From assembly GCA_947470885.1 (NCBI GenBank), contig CANIXE010000001.1:1-37824 (forward strand): a DNA stretch of 37,824 bases, given 5' to 3'. The translations under genes and the position numbers were made by a program. This DNA is from Planctomycetota bacterium. Its GTDB lineage: Bacteria; Planctomycetota; UBA11346. The notes beneath the pieces were generated by a model. The model had not been told where the DNA came from. It saw only the letters and a list, made by a program, of their open reading frames with translations, and did not search any database. This document shows positions 17,548-27,348 of the stretch, in pieces. Position 1 is the stretch's first letter. Each line of letters opens with the position of its first letter.

Positions 17548-20225
17548 TCCCGACGGACCACGTTTTGTTGGACGCTCTGACGACCCGGCTTCCCGCCGGG
17601 TCGTTCAGTTGTTCCCTGGCGGATCGCCTGCTCTGGGCCGAGGACGCCAGCATCTACCGCCTGGTGCCCCGGGCGGTGGTGTTCCCACCGTCCCCCGCCG
17701 AGGTCCAAATGGTCCTCGCCCTCGCTGGAGAACTGGGCATCCCGGTGTGCTTCCGGGCCGGAGGCACCAGCCTATCGGGCCAAGCGGTGACCGACGGAAT
17801 CCTGATCGTGGTCAGCCGGGACTGGCGCAAGATCGACGTCTTGGACCAGGGCGCCCGGGTGCGCTGCCAGCCCGGCGCCGTGGGCGCCTGGGTGAATGCC
17901 GCCCTCGCCCCCCATGGCCGGCGGATCGGCCCGGATCCCGCCAGCATCCAGGCCGCTGAAATCGGCGGAATCGTCGCCAACAACGCCAGTGGGATGTGCT
18001 GCGGCGTCCATGAAAACAGCTACCGCACGATCACCGGCCTGGAGCTGATCCTGGCGGACGGCTATCGCCTGGACACCGGGGCCGCCGACGGGGACGACCG
18101 CCTGAACCGTGACCGCCCCGCCCTGTGGCAGGGCTTGACTCATCTGCGGGACCGGGTGCGGGCCGACGGCCCCCTGGCAGCCCGGATCACCACCGCCTTC
18201 CAAACCAAAAACACCGTGGGCTACGGCCTGAACGCGTTTCTGGATGCAGATGCTCCGGCAGCGATCCTCCAGAAACTGGTGATCGGCAGCGAAGGCACCC
18301 TGGCCTTCATCGCCGCCGCCACCTTCCGCACCGTGCCCCTGCCCAAGCACCGGGCCACGGCCTTCCTGCTGTTCCCCGACATCGCCACCGCCGGCCGAGC
18401 AGTGGCCCCCCTGGCGGATCTGGGGGCGGCGGCCGTGGAACTGCTGGACGCCACCAGCCTGCGCCGGGTGGCGGACAAGCTGGACGCTCCCCTGCCCTTC
18501 GGCGATCCCGCGGTGCTGCTCACCGAATTCCAGGAGGAAGACCCCTTCGTCCTCGGCGACCGCCTGGTGGCGGCCCGGCCGGTGCTGGCGGGCCTGGGCC
18601 TGGCCCGGCCCGTTGAATTCACCACGGATCCGAACCTCCAATCCCGATGGTGGGCGGTGCGCAAAGGACTCTTCCCCTCGGTGGGGGCGGTCCGCGCCGC
18701 GGGAACCGCGGTGGTTATCGAGGATGTGACCTTCCCGGTGGCCCATCTGGCGGACGGCGTACTGGCCCTGCGCGCCCTGTTCCACCGCCACGGTTACCAG
18801 GACCAGGCGGTGATCTTCGGCCACGCCAAGGACGGGAACCTCCATTTCACCCTGACCCCGGATCTGAGCCAAGAGGCCGAAGTGGTCCGCTACCGGGCGT
18901 TCATGAACGATCTGGCCGAGGTCGTCCTGGCCGCCGGTGGCCACTTGAAAGCCGAACACGGCACCGGCCGGAACATGGCCCCCTTCGTGGTCCGCCAGTG
19001 GGGCGCCGACGCCGTGGCGGTGATGCGGGCGGTGAAAACCCTCCTGGATCCGGGGAATCTCCTCAATCCCGGAGTGCTGCTGGCGGATGATCCCGAGGGC
19101 CACCTCAAACACCTCAAGCGCCTGGCCCCGGCGGATCCCCTGATCGACCGCTGTATTTCCTGCGGGTTTTGCGAACCCGCCTGCCCCAGCCGGGATGCGG
19201 CCATGAGCCCCCGTCAGCGGATCACGGGCCTGCGCCTGCTGCGGGGCGGCACGCCGGAAGAGATCACCGCCATCTCCCAGGTCTGGGCCCCCACGGGCCT
19301 GGACACCTGCGCCGGGGATGGCCTGTGCGCCACCGCCTGCCCGGTGGGCATCGACACTGGGAACCTGGTACGGGCGGAACGGGCCGTCCGCCGTCCACCC
19401 TGGGCCCGGTTTGCCGCCCGGCTGACCCTCCGCCATTTCGCCCTGGTCGTCGACGCCGCCCGGGGCGTCCTGGACGTGGCCGCGGGCGTCCGCCTGCCCG
19501 GCCGCCGGATCCCGATCCCCGGAGCCGCCCCGACCCTGCCCCGACGCTGGCCGGTGGGCTCGCCCACCTTCGCCTACCTGCCCACCTGCGTGACCCGGAT
19601 GATCGGCCCGGACAGCGTACCCGAAGCCCTGGCGACCCTCGGCAGGATCCACGGTTTCGGCCTGGAAATCCCCGGGGGAATCGCTGGTTTGTGCTGTGGA
19701 CAGGCCTTCGCCAGCAAAGGATTCCCCGAGGCGGCGGCAACGGCAAAAACCGCCACCGTGCGGGCGATCCTCGCCCTGGGTCGATCCCAGGTAATCATCG
19801 ACACCTCCACCTGCGCAGGGTTTCTGTTGGGCCCGGCGGGTCTGCCACCGGAGCTCATCGCCCCCTGGGCCGCGATGACCGTGCTGTCACCGGCCCAATT
19901 CGCCCGGCTGCTCCCCCCAGGTCGTGGCGCCGGCCTGGCCCTCCACCCGACCTGCAGCGATCAACGCCATGGCTGGACCGGCGATCTGCAGGCTGCCTTG
20001 CCAGGAGCGGAACTGCCCGCCAGCGTGGGTTGCTGCGGCATGGCCGGGGACAAAGGCTGGAGCACCCCCAGACTCACCGACGCGGCGTGCGCCCGGGAAG
20101 CCTCGGAAGTGTCGGCAGGTGATGCCAGGGCGGGAGTAACCACCGGAACCACCTGTGGTCACGCCCTCGCAGCGGCCACCGGATTACCCTACCGTCACGT
20201 TTTTACGGTGCTGGCAGAGCCTTGA
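17544..20225 (+). CDS. FAD-binding (GlcD/D-lactate dehydrogenase-like) oxidase fused to 4Fe-4S and CCG (GlcF-like) domains
   Basis: GTG 17544 overlaps the upstream stop (GTGA). It has an FAD_binding_4-like N-terminus (FRAGGTSLSGQ), ferredoxin motifs CISCGFCEPACPS and CATACPVGIDTG, and two CCG motifs (CCGQAF, CCGMAGDKG). Confidence 0.85.
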   Translation: MIPTDHVLLDALTTRLPAGSFSCSLADRLLWAEDASIYRLVPRAVVFPPSPAEVQMVLALAGELGIPVCFRAGGTSLSGQAVTDGILIVVSRDWRKIDVLDQGARVRCQPGAVGAWVNAALAPHGRRIGPDPASIQAAEIGGIVANNASGMCCGVHENSYRTITGLELILADGYRLDTGAADGDDRLNRDRPALWQGLTHLRDRVRADGPLAARITTAFQTKNTVGYGLNAFLDADAPAAILQKLVIGSEGTLAFIAAATFRTVPLPKHRATAFLLFPDIATAGRAVAPLADLGAAAVELLDATSLRRVADKLDAPLPFGDPAVLLTEFQEEDPFVLGDRLVAARPVLAGLGLARPVEFTTDPNLQSRWWAVRKGLFPSVGAVRAAGTAVVIEDVTFPVAHLADGVLALRALFHRHGYQDQAVIFGHAKDGNLHFTLTPDLSQEAEVVRYRAFMNDLAEVVLAAGGHLKAEHGTGRNMAPFVVRQWGADAVAVMRAVKTLLDPGNLLNPGVLLADDPEGHLKHLKRLAPADPLIDRCISCGFCEPACPSRDAAMSPRQRITGLRLLRGGTPEEITAISQVWAPTGLDTCAGDGLCATACPVGIDTGNLVRAERAVRRPPWARFAARLTLRHFALVVDAARGVLDVAAGVRLPGRRIPIPGAAPTLPRRWPVGSPTFAYLPTCVTRMIGPDSVPEALATLGRIHGFGLEIPGGIAGLCCGQAFASKGFPEAAATAKTATVRAILALGRSQVIIDTSTCAGFLLGPAGLPPELIAPWAAMTVLSPAQFARLLPPGRGAGLALHPTCSDQRHGWTGDLQAALPGAELPASVGCCGMAGDKGWSTPRLTDAACAREASEVSAGDARAGVTTGTTCGHALAAATGLPYRHVFTVLAEP

Positions 20226-20976
20226 CCGGGGCAGAACCGGGCTGAATCAACGGCTTGGCTGCCGCTTCGGTTGGGACCATCGGTGGAATCGAGTTCGACC
20301 TAGAATCCGGCGCATTGACCGGGGGCACTTTACAGACGTAGAGATCTGTTTTCGGACCCATCAACCCACCCTCACCAAAAACGTCAAACACCCGTACACA
20401 CAGCAGATTTTCTCCGGCATGCACCAAGCCAACAGGAAGGCGATATACCCGTTTCAACGTCCAACTTCCCGGCTGACGAACATCCGTACTGCCCACGGTG
20501 GTGCCGTTCACCTGGGTCAGGTCGAAATCGTCGATCGCCCCCAGGTGCAGTTCCAACGGCTGCCCCAACCAGGCATCGGGAACCGTGAAACGACGGCGGA
20601 AAATCGCCTCACCATCGCTGACCGACCAATCTCCGCCATAGCCGCTCCACGGCAGGGGTGTCTGATAATCCAACCATTCCCGATCATTCGTGGCGGGTGA
20701 CATTGCCGCAATTCCAGCCGCGGTGACGCCCTTGTCCTGAATGCTGTTGGAGCTGTTCTTGGCCGGGGTCAAGGGTCCGGTCATCTTGGCCTTCCAGATT
20801 CCCGCCAGGGGCACCTGTTCCAACGCAAGGTCACTGACGACAGCCCCCTCGGCACCCTGGAGCACCGGGGTTGCCAGGGGGAGCAACGACAGCCAGATCA
20901 GCAGTGACGGGGGAAACACAGGACATCCATGACTACTGGTACGGTTGGCGGAGCAAAGCGTTGAAAGCACTTCCAT
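20203..20976 (-). CDS. Secreted protein with a galactose-binding-like (GH2 sugar-binding / jelly-roll) domain
   Basis: Signal peptide present. The segment EWLDYQTPLPWSGYGGDWSVSDGEAIFRRRFTVPDAWLGQPLELHLGAIDDFDLTQVNGTTVG..LLCVRVFD matches the GH2-N / sialate-esterase-type carbohydrate-binding module pattern. Confidence 0.65.
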   Translation of the reverse strand: MEVLSTLCSANRTSSHGCPVFPPSLLIWLSLLPLATPVLQGAEGAVVSDLALEQVPLAGIWKAKMTGPLTPAKNSSNSIQDKGVTAAGIAAMSPATNDREWLDYQTPLPWSGYGGDWSVSDGEAIFRRRFTVPDAWLGQPLELHLGAIDDFDLTQVNGTTVGSTDVRQPGSWTLKRVYRLPVGLVHAGENLLCVRVFDVFGEGGLMGPKTDLYVCKVPPVNAPDSRSNSIPPMVPTEAAAKPLIQPGSAPVKALPAP

Positions 20977-21086
20977 GAGCCGGGACAGCCCTCCTCAGCG
21001 GTTACCCCGTTTGGGCTGGGACACTTTGTTCCCCGAAGCCGACTACGTCTTGTGCCAGAGGCCCCTGGAGCGATCATTTTGCGCCG

Positions 21087-22853
21087 ATGAAACGCCTTGC
21101 GTCGTCGGTACTGCTACCTGCCCCTCGCATGGTGGAATCCCGCCCAGGCGAGGTGGTGGTTCCGTTCAGTCGGACGGTCGACGGACCCGATCTGGGGGTC
21201 ATGGGATTCACGACCAGCCCGCAGTCTGCTTGGATCCAACGGGTTGCCGATTCGTCCTTGGCTCCGGAAGCCTACCGCCTATCGATCGACCCACGTGGCC
21301 TGACCCTGGCCAGTGCCGACGACCAAGGCGCCCGCCACGGTCTGCGGACCCTGGGGCAACTCCTCTCCCTCCATGGTCGGTGCCTGCCCTGCGGAGTGAT
21401 CGAAGACGCTCCGGCCTTCGCCATCCGGGGTGTCCTCCTGGACATCAGCCGGGACCGCATCCCCACCATGGCGGAATTCCGCCGGATCATCGCCCAGCTG
21501 GCTTCGTGGAAGATCAATCATCTCCAACTCTATGTCGAACACACCGTGGCCTATGCCGGCCACGAAGAGGTCTGGCGGGACTTGGATCCCCTGACCCCGG
21601 CGGAAATCCGGGAACTGGACGTTTGCTGCGCCGCCCAGGGCATCGCCCTGGCGGCCAACCAGAACTGCTTCGGCCATCTGGCCGCCTGGTTCAAGCATCC
21701 CCGCTACGCCCCCCTGGCCGAAATTAGCCCGGAGGGTTCCTGGGATTTCAACGGCCTGGTGACCCGCCAGGGCGGCTTCAGCCTGTGCCCAGGGGATCCC
21801 CGTAGCTTCGCCCTGGTCCAGGACTGGCTGGGCCAACTCCTGCCCCTGCACACCGCCCCGGTGGTGAACATCGGCTGCGATGAAACCTTCGACGTCGGCC
21901 AGGGCCGATCCAAGGACCTGGTGGCCGCCCGGGGCCGCACCGCCGTCTGGGCGGATTTCACCGCCCAGGTCTGCGCCGAAGTCGCCCGCCACGGCAAACG
22001 GCCTTCGTTTTGGGCGGACATCGCCCTGGAGCACCCCGAAGCCCTGGCCGCCCTGCCCCGGGACACCATCGGCCTGGCCTGGAGCTACGAAGCCGACGCC
22101 CCCTTCGAACGCTGGGTCCGCCAGCTCACCAGCCTGGGTCTGGAAAGCTGGGTCTGCCCCGGCACCTCGTCCTGGCGCTCCATCACCGGACGCACCGGGG
22201 AGCGCCAAGCGAATCTGCTGTCCGCAGCCCAGGGCGGCCTGGCCGCCGGGGCCACGGGCTTCCTGGTCTGCGACTGGGGGGACCTGGGACACCGTCAGCA
22301 GTGGCCCATCGCCCTCCACGGCTTGGCCGAAGCCGCCCATCGGGCCTGGTCCGGGACCGCCCCGTACGATCCCAACGCCGGTGCCCAGCATGCCTTCGGC
22401 TGTCCAGAGCTCGGCCCCTGGTTGGATCGCTTCGGCGCCGTGGATGCCCATTTTCGGGCCATTGGCGGGCGCACTCCGGGCGCCCCGCTGCGCAATGCCA
22501 CCGCCCTGTTCACCGACCTTCACCATCCCCTGGGTCATCCGTGGATCGGCAACGCCGGGGACTGGGCCAATCTGGGCCGGGACCTGGGGTACCTGCGGGA
22601 TGCCCTGCCAGAGGGTCTTGACCAGCAGATCGGCGAAGAATTGCATCATGCCTGGCGGGTCGCCTTGGCCGCCGCCACCCGGGCATCCTTCCGCCGGGCC
22701 GGCAATTCCGCCGCCCTGCGGGAAATGACGGGCCACTGGCGGGATCTCACCGCAGAACACCGCCAACTCTGGCTTCGGCGCAGCCGCCCCGGGGGCCTGG
22801 CCGCCTCCTGCCGCCACTACGACCTCGTGGCCGACGCCTGCTCAACGGCGTAA
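21087..22853 (+). CDS. Glycoside hydrolase family 20-like (beta-N-acetylhexosaminidase-like) protein
   Basis: A GH20b-like N-terminus is followed by a TIM-barrel start (IRGVLLDISRDRIPTMAEFRRIIAQLASWKINHLQLYVEH) and a GCDE motif in the position of the catalytic D-E pair. Confidence 0.7.
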   Translation: MKRLASSVLLPAPRMVESRPGEVVVPFSRTVDGPDLGVMGFTTSPQSAWIQRVADSSLAPEAYRLSIDPRGLTLASADDQGARHGLRTLGQLLSLHGRCLPCGVIEDAPAFAIRGVLLDISRDRIPTMAEFRRIIAQLASWKINHLQLYVEHTVAYAGHEEVWRDLDPLTPAEIRELDVCCAAQGIALAANQNCFGHLAAWFKHPRYAPLAEISPEGSWDFNGLVTRQGGFSLCPGDPRSFALVQDWLGQLLPLHTAPVVNIGCDETFDVGQGRSKDLVAARGRTAVWADFTAQVCAEVARHGKRPSFWADIALEHPEALAALPRDTIGLAWSYEADAPFERWVRQLTSLGLESWVCPGTSSWRSITGRTGERQANLLSAAQGGLAAGATGFLVCDWGDLGHRQQWPIALHGLAEAAHRAWSGTAPYDPNAGAQHAFGCPELGPWLDRFGAVDAHFRAIGGRTPGAPLRNATALFTDLHHPLGHPWIGNAGDWANLGRDLGYLRDALPEGLDQQIGEELHHAWRVALAAATRASFRRAGNSAALREMTGHWRDLTAEHRQLWLRRSRPGGLAASCRHYDLVADACSTA

Positions 22854-22906
22854 ACCATTTCCAATTCCCTATTCCAGGCCCATCTTGTTCTCCCAGACGA
22901 GGAACC

Positions 22907-24118
22907 ATGACCACAGCCCGCCCGACGCCCAAGCCCGCCGCCAAGACCTCAGCCGACAAAACCCCGGCCGATAAACCTGCCAAGGCGGCAAAAGCAGGCA
23001 AAATCACCAAGTCCGTCACTCCGGCCGAACCGCCGGTGGTGCGCCTGGTGGCCGGCTGCATGACCGGCACCAGCATCGACGCCCTGGACACCGCCCTCCT
23101 GCGGATCACCGGCCGGGGCCTGGACCTCAAAGTCCAGCTCATCGCCCATGACAGCCTGAGCCTGGGCAAGCTGGCGGATCCCCTGCGCAAGCTGGCGGAC
23201 CAGCAGCCAATGACCGCCGGCGACATTGCCAAGCTGTCCGCGGACCTCGCTCGCCTGCACCTTCGGGCCCTGGAAAAAGTCGTCCGTGGCCACCGCCTGG
23301 ACTTGGTCAGCGTCCACGGCCAGACCGTGTTCCACGCGCCCCCTTATTCCTGGCAGCTGGTGAATCCCGTGGTCATCGCCCACGGTCTGAAAGTGCCTGT
23401 GGTCAGCGACCTCCGGGCCGCCGACCTGGCCGCCGGCGGCCAGGGCGCCCCCATCACCCCCATCGCCGACCTGCTGCTCTATGGCCACCCGACGGAACGG
23501 CGCACCGTCGTCAACCTGGGCGGCTACTGCAATATCACCCGCCTGCCCGCCAGCCAGGATGTCAGCGCCATCAGCGGCGGCGACGTCTGCGCTTGCAACC
23601 AGGTGCTGGATGCCATCGCCCGGGCCGCGCTCAACCAGCCCTACGACCCGGAAGGCCGCAACGCCGCCAAGGGCGCCACCGATCCCACCGCCCTCCGGGA
23701 CCTGGAAGCCCGCCTGGTGCGCCAGGCCCGTTCCCGGCGCAGCCTGGGTACCGGCGATGAACTGGCTGGGTGGATTGCCCACCACCGCAGCCGCCTGGGG
23801 GGCGACACCCTGGCCCGCACCGCCTGCGCCGCCATCGCCCGGACCATCGCCAAGTCGGCGGTCCACGAAGGCTTCTCCTGCGACCGCCTGGTCCTTGCTG
23901 GTGGTTCCGTGGCCAACAAGACCCTGGTGGCGGAGATCGCCACCGCCGCCGGCGTTCCGGTGACCCCCAGTGACGAGCTGGGCATCCCCTCGACGATGCG
24001 CGAGGCCGCCGGCTTCGCTGTCCTCGGCGCCCTCTGCGAGGACCGGGTGGCCATCACCCTCCCCGCCGTCACCAACGTTCCTGTGGCGCCCATCGCCGGC
24101 GTCTGGGTCCGTCCCTGA
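22907..24118 (+). CDS. anmK: Anhydro-N-acetylmuramic acid kinase with an N-terminal Lys/Ala/Pro-rich extension
   Basis: GAGGAA RBS before ATG 22907. The AnmK core motifs are present: GCMTGTSIDALD, VHGQTVFH, DLRAADLAAGGQGAPITP and NLGGYCN. Confidence 0.85.
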   Translation: MTTARPTPKPAAKTSADKTPADKPAKAAKAGKITKSVTPAEPPVVRLVAGCMTGTSIDALDTALLRITGRGLDLKVQLIAHDSLSLGKLADPLRKLADQQPMTAGDIAKLSADLARLHLRALEKVVRGHRLDLVSVHGQTVFHAPPYSWQLVNPVVIAHGLKVPVVSDLRAADLAAGGQGAPITPIADLLLYGHPTERRTVVNLGGYCNITRLPASQDVSAISGGDVCACNQVLDAIARAALNQPYDPEGRNAAKGATDPTALRDLEARLVRQARSRRSLGTGDELAGWIAHHRSRLGGDTLARTACAAIARTIAKSAVHEGFSCDRLVLAGGSVANKTLVAEIATAAGVPVTPSDELGIPSTMREAAGFAVLGALCEDRVAITLPAVTNVPVAPIAGVWVRP

Positions 24119-24151
24119 TCCCCTGAACCACCGCAGAAAACAGGACCTCCC

Positions 24152-24652
24152 ATGGCCAAGATCACCCTCAAGGGCAACCCCATCAACACCAGCGGCGACC
24201 TGCCCGCCGTCGGCGCCGCCGCCCCGGCGTTCCGCCTGGTCAAGACGGATCTCAGTGAGACGACCCTGGCGGACTACGCCGGCAAGACGGTCATTCTCAA
24301 CATCTTCCCCAGCGTCGACACCCCGACCTGCGCCACCAGCGTGCGCCAGTTCAATGCCAAGGCTTCGGGCCTGGCCAACACCGTGGTGATCTGCGCCTCG
24401 AAGGATCTGCCCTTCGCCCTGAAGCGCTTCTGTGGCGCTGAAGGCCTGGACAAAGTCGTCCCTGCCAGCGATTTCCGCGATGCCGGTTTCGGCCAACGCT
24501 ATGGCTTGACGATCACCGACGGGCCGATCAACGGCCTGCTGGCCCGGGCGGTGGTGGTCATCGGTCCTGATGGCAAGATCAAGCATCAGGAACTCGTGGC
24601 GGAAGTCGCCAACGAACCCAACTACGCCAAGGCCCTGGCCGCGGTCGGCTAA
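24152..24652 (+). CDS. tpx: Thiol peroxidase
   Basis: 166 aa with the typical Tpx sequence (KGNPINTSG..APAF..LNIFPSVDTPTCATSVRQFN..CASKDLPFALKRFC). Confidence 0.9.
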   Translation: MAKITLKGNPINTSGDLPAVGAAAPAFRLVKTDLSETTLADYAGKTVILNIFPSVDTPTCATSVRQFNAKASGLANTVVICASKDLPFALKRFCGAEGLDKVVPASDFRDAGFGQRYGLTITDGPINGLLARAVVVIGPDGKIKHQELVAEVANEPNYAKALAAVG

Positions 24653-24662
24653 AGGTTCGCCC

Positions 24663-25046
24663 ATGGCTGCCGAAAATCGTCGTTTCACCCGGATTCCCAC
24701 CGCTTTGCCGGTGCGGATCGAACATGCCGGCGGGATCCTCACCGGGGTAACCCGGGACGTGGCCTTGAAGGGCATATTCGTCACCGGGGCTGGGGAATTG
24801 CCCCCGGACACCCCGGTGCGGGTGGAGATCCGCCTGGATGAGTCGGCGCAGATCCTTGCCGACGGCACCACCGTGCGCAGCCAGGCCAACGGCCTGGCGA
24901 TCCAAATTGGCACCCTGGAAGGCGTCGAATCCTACGGGCATCTCCAACGCCTGGTTCTTCTCAACAGCCCGGATCTGGCGGCTGCCGACAAGATCGAGAG
25001 TGAAATCCAGCATCACCTGGGCATAAAACCCCGCGATGGGGCTTGA
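24663..25046 (+). CDS. PilZ domain protein
   Basis: The internal ATG at 24663 gives a 127-aa protein. It has the RRxxxR motif (NRRFTR) and a D-x-(S/A)-x-x-G motif (DVALKG). The longer track ORF overlaps the tpx 3' end. Confidence 0.65.
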   Translation: MAAENRRFTRIPTALPVRIEHAGGILTGVTRDVALKGIFVTGAGELPPDTPVRVEIRLDESAQILADGTTVRSQANGLAIQIGTLEGVESYGHLQRLVLLNSPDLAAADKIESEIQHHLGIKPRDGA

Positions 25047-25089
25047 CCGCCCCGTCGGTCTTCCTAAATTCCCGCCCTCGCATTTGCCT

Positions 25090-25167
25090 GGTCCGCGTAG
25101 CTCAGTTGGTTAGAGCGCCAGATTGTGGTTCTGGATGTCGCGGGTTCGAGCCCCGTCGTGGACCCCA
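25090..25167 (+). tRNA. tRNA-His (anticodon GTG), encoded G-1 and CCA
   Basis: Manual cloverleaf fold gives an 8-bp acceptor stem including G-1:C73, D arm GCTC/GAGC, anticodon stem CCAGA/TCTGG with loop TTGTGGT, T arm with GTTCGAGC, and a 3' CCA. Confidence 0.85.
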
Positions 25168-25168
25168 C

Positions 25169-25206
25169 AACGAAGAAACCCCGGCCTAGGCCGGGGTTTC
25201 TTCGTT
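25169..25206 (+). terminator. Intrinsic terminator-like perfect palindrome after tRNA-His
   Basis: AACGAAGAAACCCCGGCC TA GGCCGGGGTTTCTTCGTT forms a ~17-bp GC-rich stem with a U-rich 3' side. Confidence 0.65.
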
Positions 25207-25300
25207 TCACAGAGTCCCTGCACAGCCTGTCGGTGGAACGCCGGACAAACCGTGATGCTCCTTCTTGTGGGCTAGGTTGCCGACGATAAACCGCGCCACC

Positions 25301-27253
25301 ATGTCTGAACTCGCCCCCCTATATCCTGTCATCGAGCGCGTCCGGCAGGGCGCCCATATTGCCGGCATGGCGGAATACGAGGCGCTGTACCGGCGCTCCG
25401 TCGATCAACCTGACGCCTTCTGGAGCGACATGGCCAAGCGCTTCCTCCAATGGCAGCGCCCGTTCTTCCAGGTCCAGGACGTGGATTTCGCCGACGGCTA
25501 CCACGCCTGGTTCCTCGGCGGCCAACTCAATGTCAGTGAAAATTGCCTCGACCGTCACCTGGCGACCCGGGGCGACCAGGCCGCGATCATCTGGGAAGGC
25601 GACAAGCCCGGGGATGTACGCACCCTGACCTACCGCCAACTCCACCGGGAGGTCTGCCGTCTTGCCAACGTCCTCAAGGCCCGGGGCGTGCACAAGGCTG
25701 ATCGGGTGGCGATCTACATGCCGATGGTCCCGGAAGCGGCCATCGCGATGCTCGCCTGCGCCCGCCTGGGGGTGATCCACAGCGTGATCTTCGGTGGCTT
25801 CAGCGCCGAATCCGTGCGCGATCGTATCCTCGACAGCGATTGCCGGGTGCTAATCACCGCCGACGAGGGCCTCCGGGGCAGCAAGATCGTCCCCCTGAAG
25901 AAGACCGCCGACGAGGCCCTGGCCCACTGCCCCAACGTCCACACGGTGATCGTCCACAAACGCACTGGTGGCCCCGTGACCATGCGCACCGGCCGGGACA
26001 TCTGGTGGCACGAGGCCGTCGCCAGCCGCCGGCCTTACTGCCCGGCCGTACCGGTGGACAGCGAGGACATCCTCTTCCTGCTCTACACCAGCGGTTCCAC
26101 CGGGAAACCCAAGGGCATCGCCCACACCACTGCCGGTTACCTGCTGTTCGCGGCGATGACCCAGAAGTACGTCTTCGACTACCGGGATGGCGACATCTTC
26201 GCCTGCATGGCCGACGTGGGCTGGGTCACCGGCCACAGCTACGTGGTCTACGGGCCCCTGGCCAACGGCGGCACCACCTTCATGTTCGAAGGCATCCCCA
26301 CGTACCCCGACTCCGGGCGTTATTGGGACATGGTCCAGCGCCACAAGATCACCCAGTTCTACACCGCCCCCACCGCGATCCGGGCAATCATGCGGGACGG
26401 CGACGAACTCGTGAAGAAATACGACCGTAGCAGCCTAAGAATCCTGGGCAGCGTGGGTGAGCCCATCAATCCTGAGGCCTGGCGCTGGTACTTCGAAGTC
26501 GTCGGCGAAAGCCGCTGCGCCATCGTCGATACCTTCTGGCAGACCGAAACCGGTGGCCACATGCTGACTCCTCTGCCCGGTGTGACCCCGATGAAACCCG
26601 GCAGCGCCACCCTGCCCTTCTTCGGTGTCGTCCCCGCGATCCTCGATGAAAAAGGTGTGGAACTCCAGGGCAACGGCATCAGCGGCGTCCTGGTCTTCAA
26701 AACCGGCTGGCCCAGCATCGCCCGGACCATCTACGGCGATCACCAACGCTACCTGGAAACCTATTTCAAGCCGTTCCCCGGCCATTATTTCACCGGCGAT
26801 GGCTGCCGCCGGGACGAGGACGGCTACTACTGGATCACTGGCCGGGTCGATGACGTCATCAATGTCAGCGGCCACCGGATGGGCACCGCCGAGGTCGAAA
26901 GTGCCCTGGTGGCCCACCCCGCCGTGGCCGAGGCCGCGGTCTGCGGCTTCCCCCACGAGATCAAGGGCAGCGGCATCTTCGCCTACGTCATCCTCAAGAC
27001 CGGTCACAGCGAGACCCCGGAACTACTCAAGGCCCTCATCGCCGAGGTCCGCCACCACATCGGGCCAATCGCCACCCCAGACAAGATCCTGATCACCCCA
27101 GGCCTGCCCAAGACCCGCTCTGGGAAGATCATGCGCCGGATCCTGCGCAAGATTGCCGCCCAGGAGACCGACAATCTCGGCGATACCTCCACCCTCGCCG
27201 ATCCGTCGGTGGTGGACCTGCTCATCGCCAAGCGGAAGGAATTGGGGAACTGA
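25301..27253 (+). CDS. acs: Acetyl-CoA synthetase
   Basis: 650 aa from ATG 25301 ([10 protein letters not shown]..). The full-length Acs signature is present: [24 protein letters not shown], and [17 protein letters not shown]. Confidence 0.95.
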   Translation: MSELAPLYPVIERVRQGAHIAGMAEYEALYRRSVDQPDAFWSDMAKRFLQWQRPFFQVQDVDFADGYHAWFLGGQLNVSENCLDRHLATRGDQAAIIWEGDKPGDVRTLTYRQLHREVCRLANVLKARGVHKADRVAIYMPMVPEAAIAMLACARLGVIHSVIFGGFSAESVRDRILDSDCRVLITADEGLRGSKIVPLKKTADEALAHCPNVHTVIVHKRTGGPVTMRTGRDIWWHEAVASRRPYCPAVPVDSEDILFLLYTSGSTGKPKGIAHTTAGYLLFAAMTQKYVFDYRDGDIFACMADVGWVTGHSYVVYGPLANGGTTFMFEGIPTYPDSGRYWDMVQRHKITQFYTAPTAIRAIMRDGDELVKKYDRSSLRILGSVGEPINPEAWRWYFEVVGESRCAIVDTFWQTETGGHMLTPLPGVTPMKPGSATLPFFGVVPAILDEKGVELQGNGISGVLVFKTGWPSIARTIYGDHQRYLETYFKPFPGHYFTGDGCRRDEDGYYWITGRVDDVINVSGHRMGTAEVESALVAHPAVAEAAVCGFPHEIKGSGIFAYVILKTGHSETPELLKALIAEVRHHIGPIATPDKILITPGLPKTRSGKIMRRILRKIAAQETDNLGDTSTLADPSVVDLLIAKRKELGN

Positions 27254-27274
27254 ACCCCGGCCAGCCCCCGAAAC

Positions 27275-27314
27275 AGAGATCCCCACGTTCCAAGAACGTG
27301 GGGATCTCTATTTC
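27275..27314 (+). terminator. Intrinsic terminator between convergent acs and the PATR/FN3 gene
   Basis: A 16-bp perfect stem, AGAGATCCCCACGTTC / GAACGTGGGGATCTCT, is followed by ATTTCATCTT. Confidence 0.7.
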
Positions 27315-27348
27315 ATCTTGATCCACGTGGGGAAGGCGCCCCCCAGAC

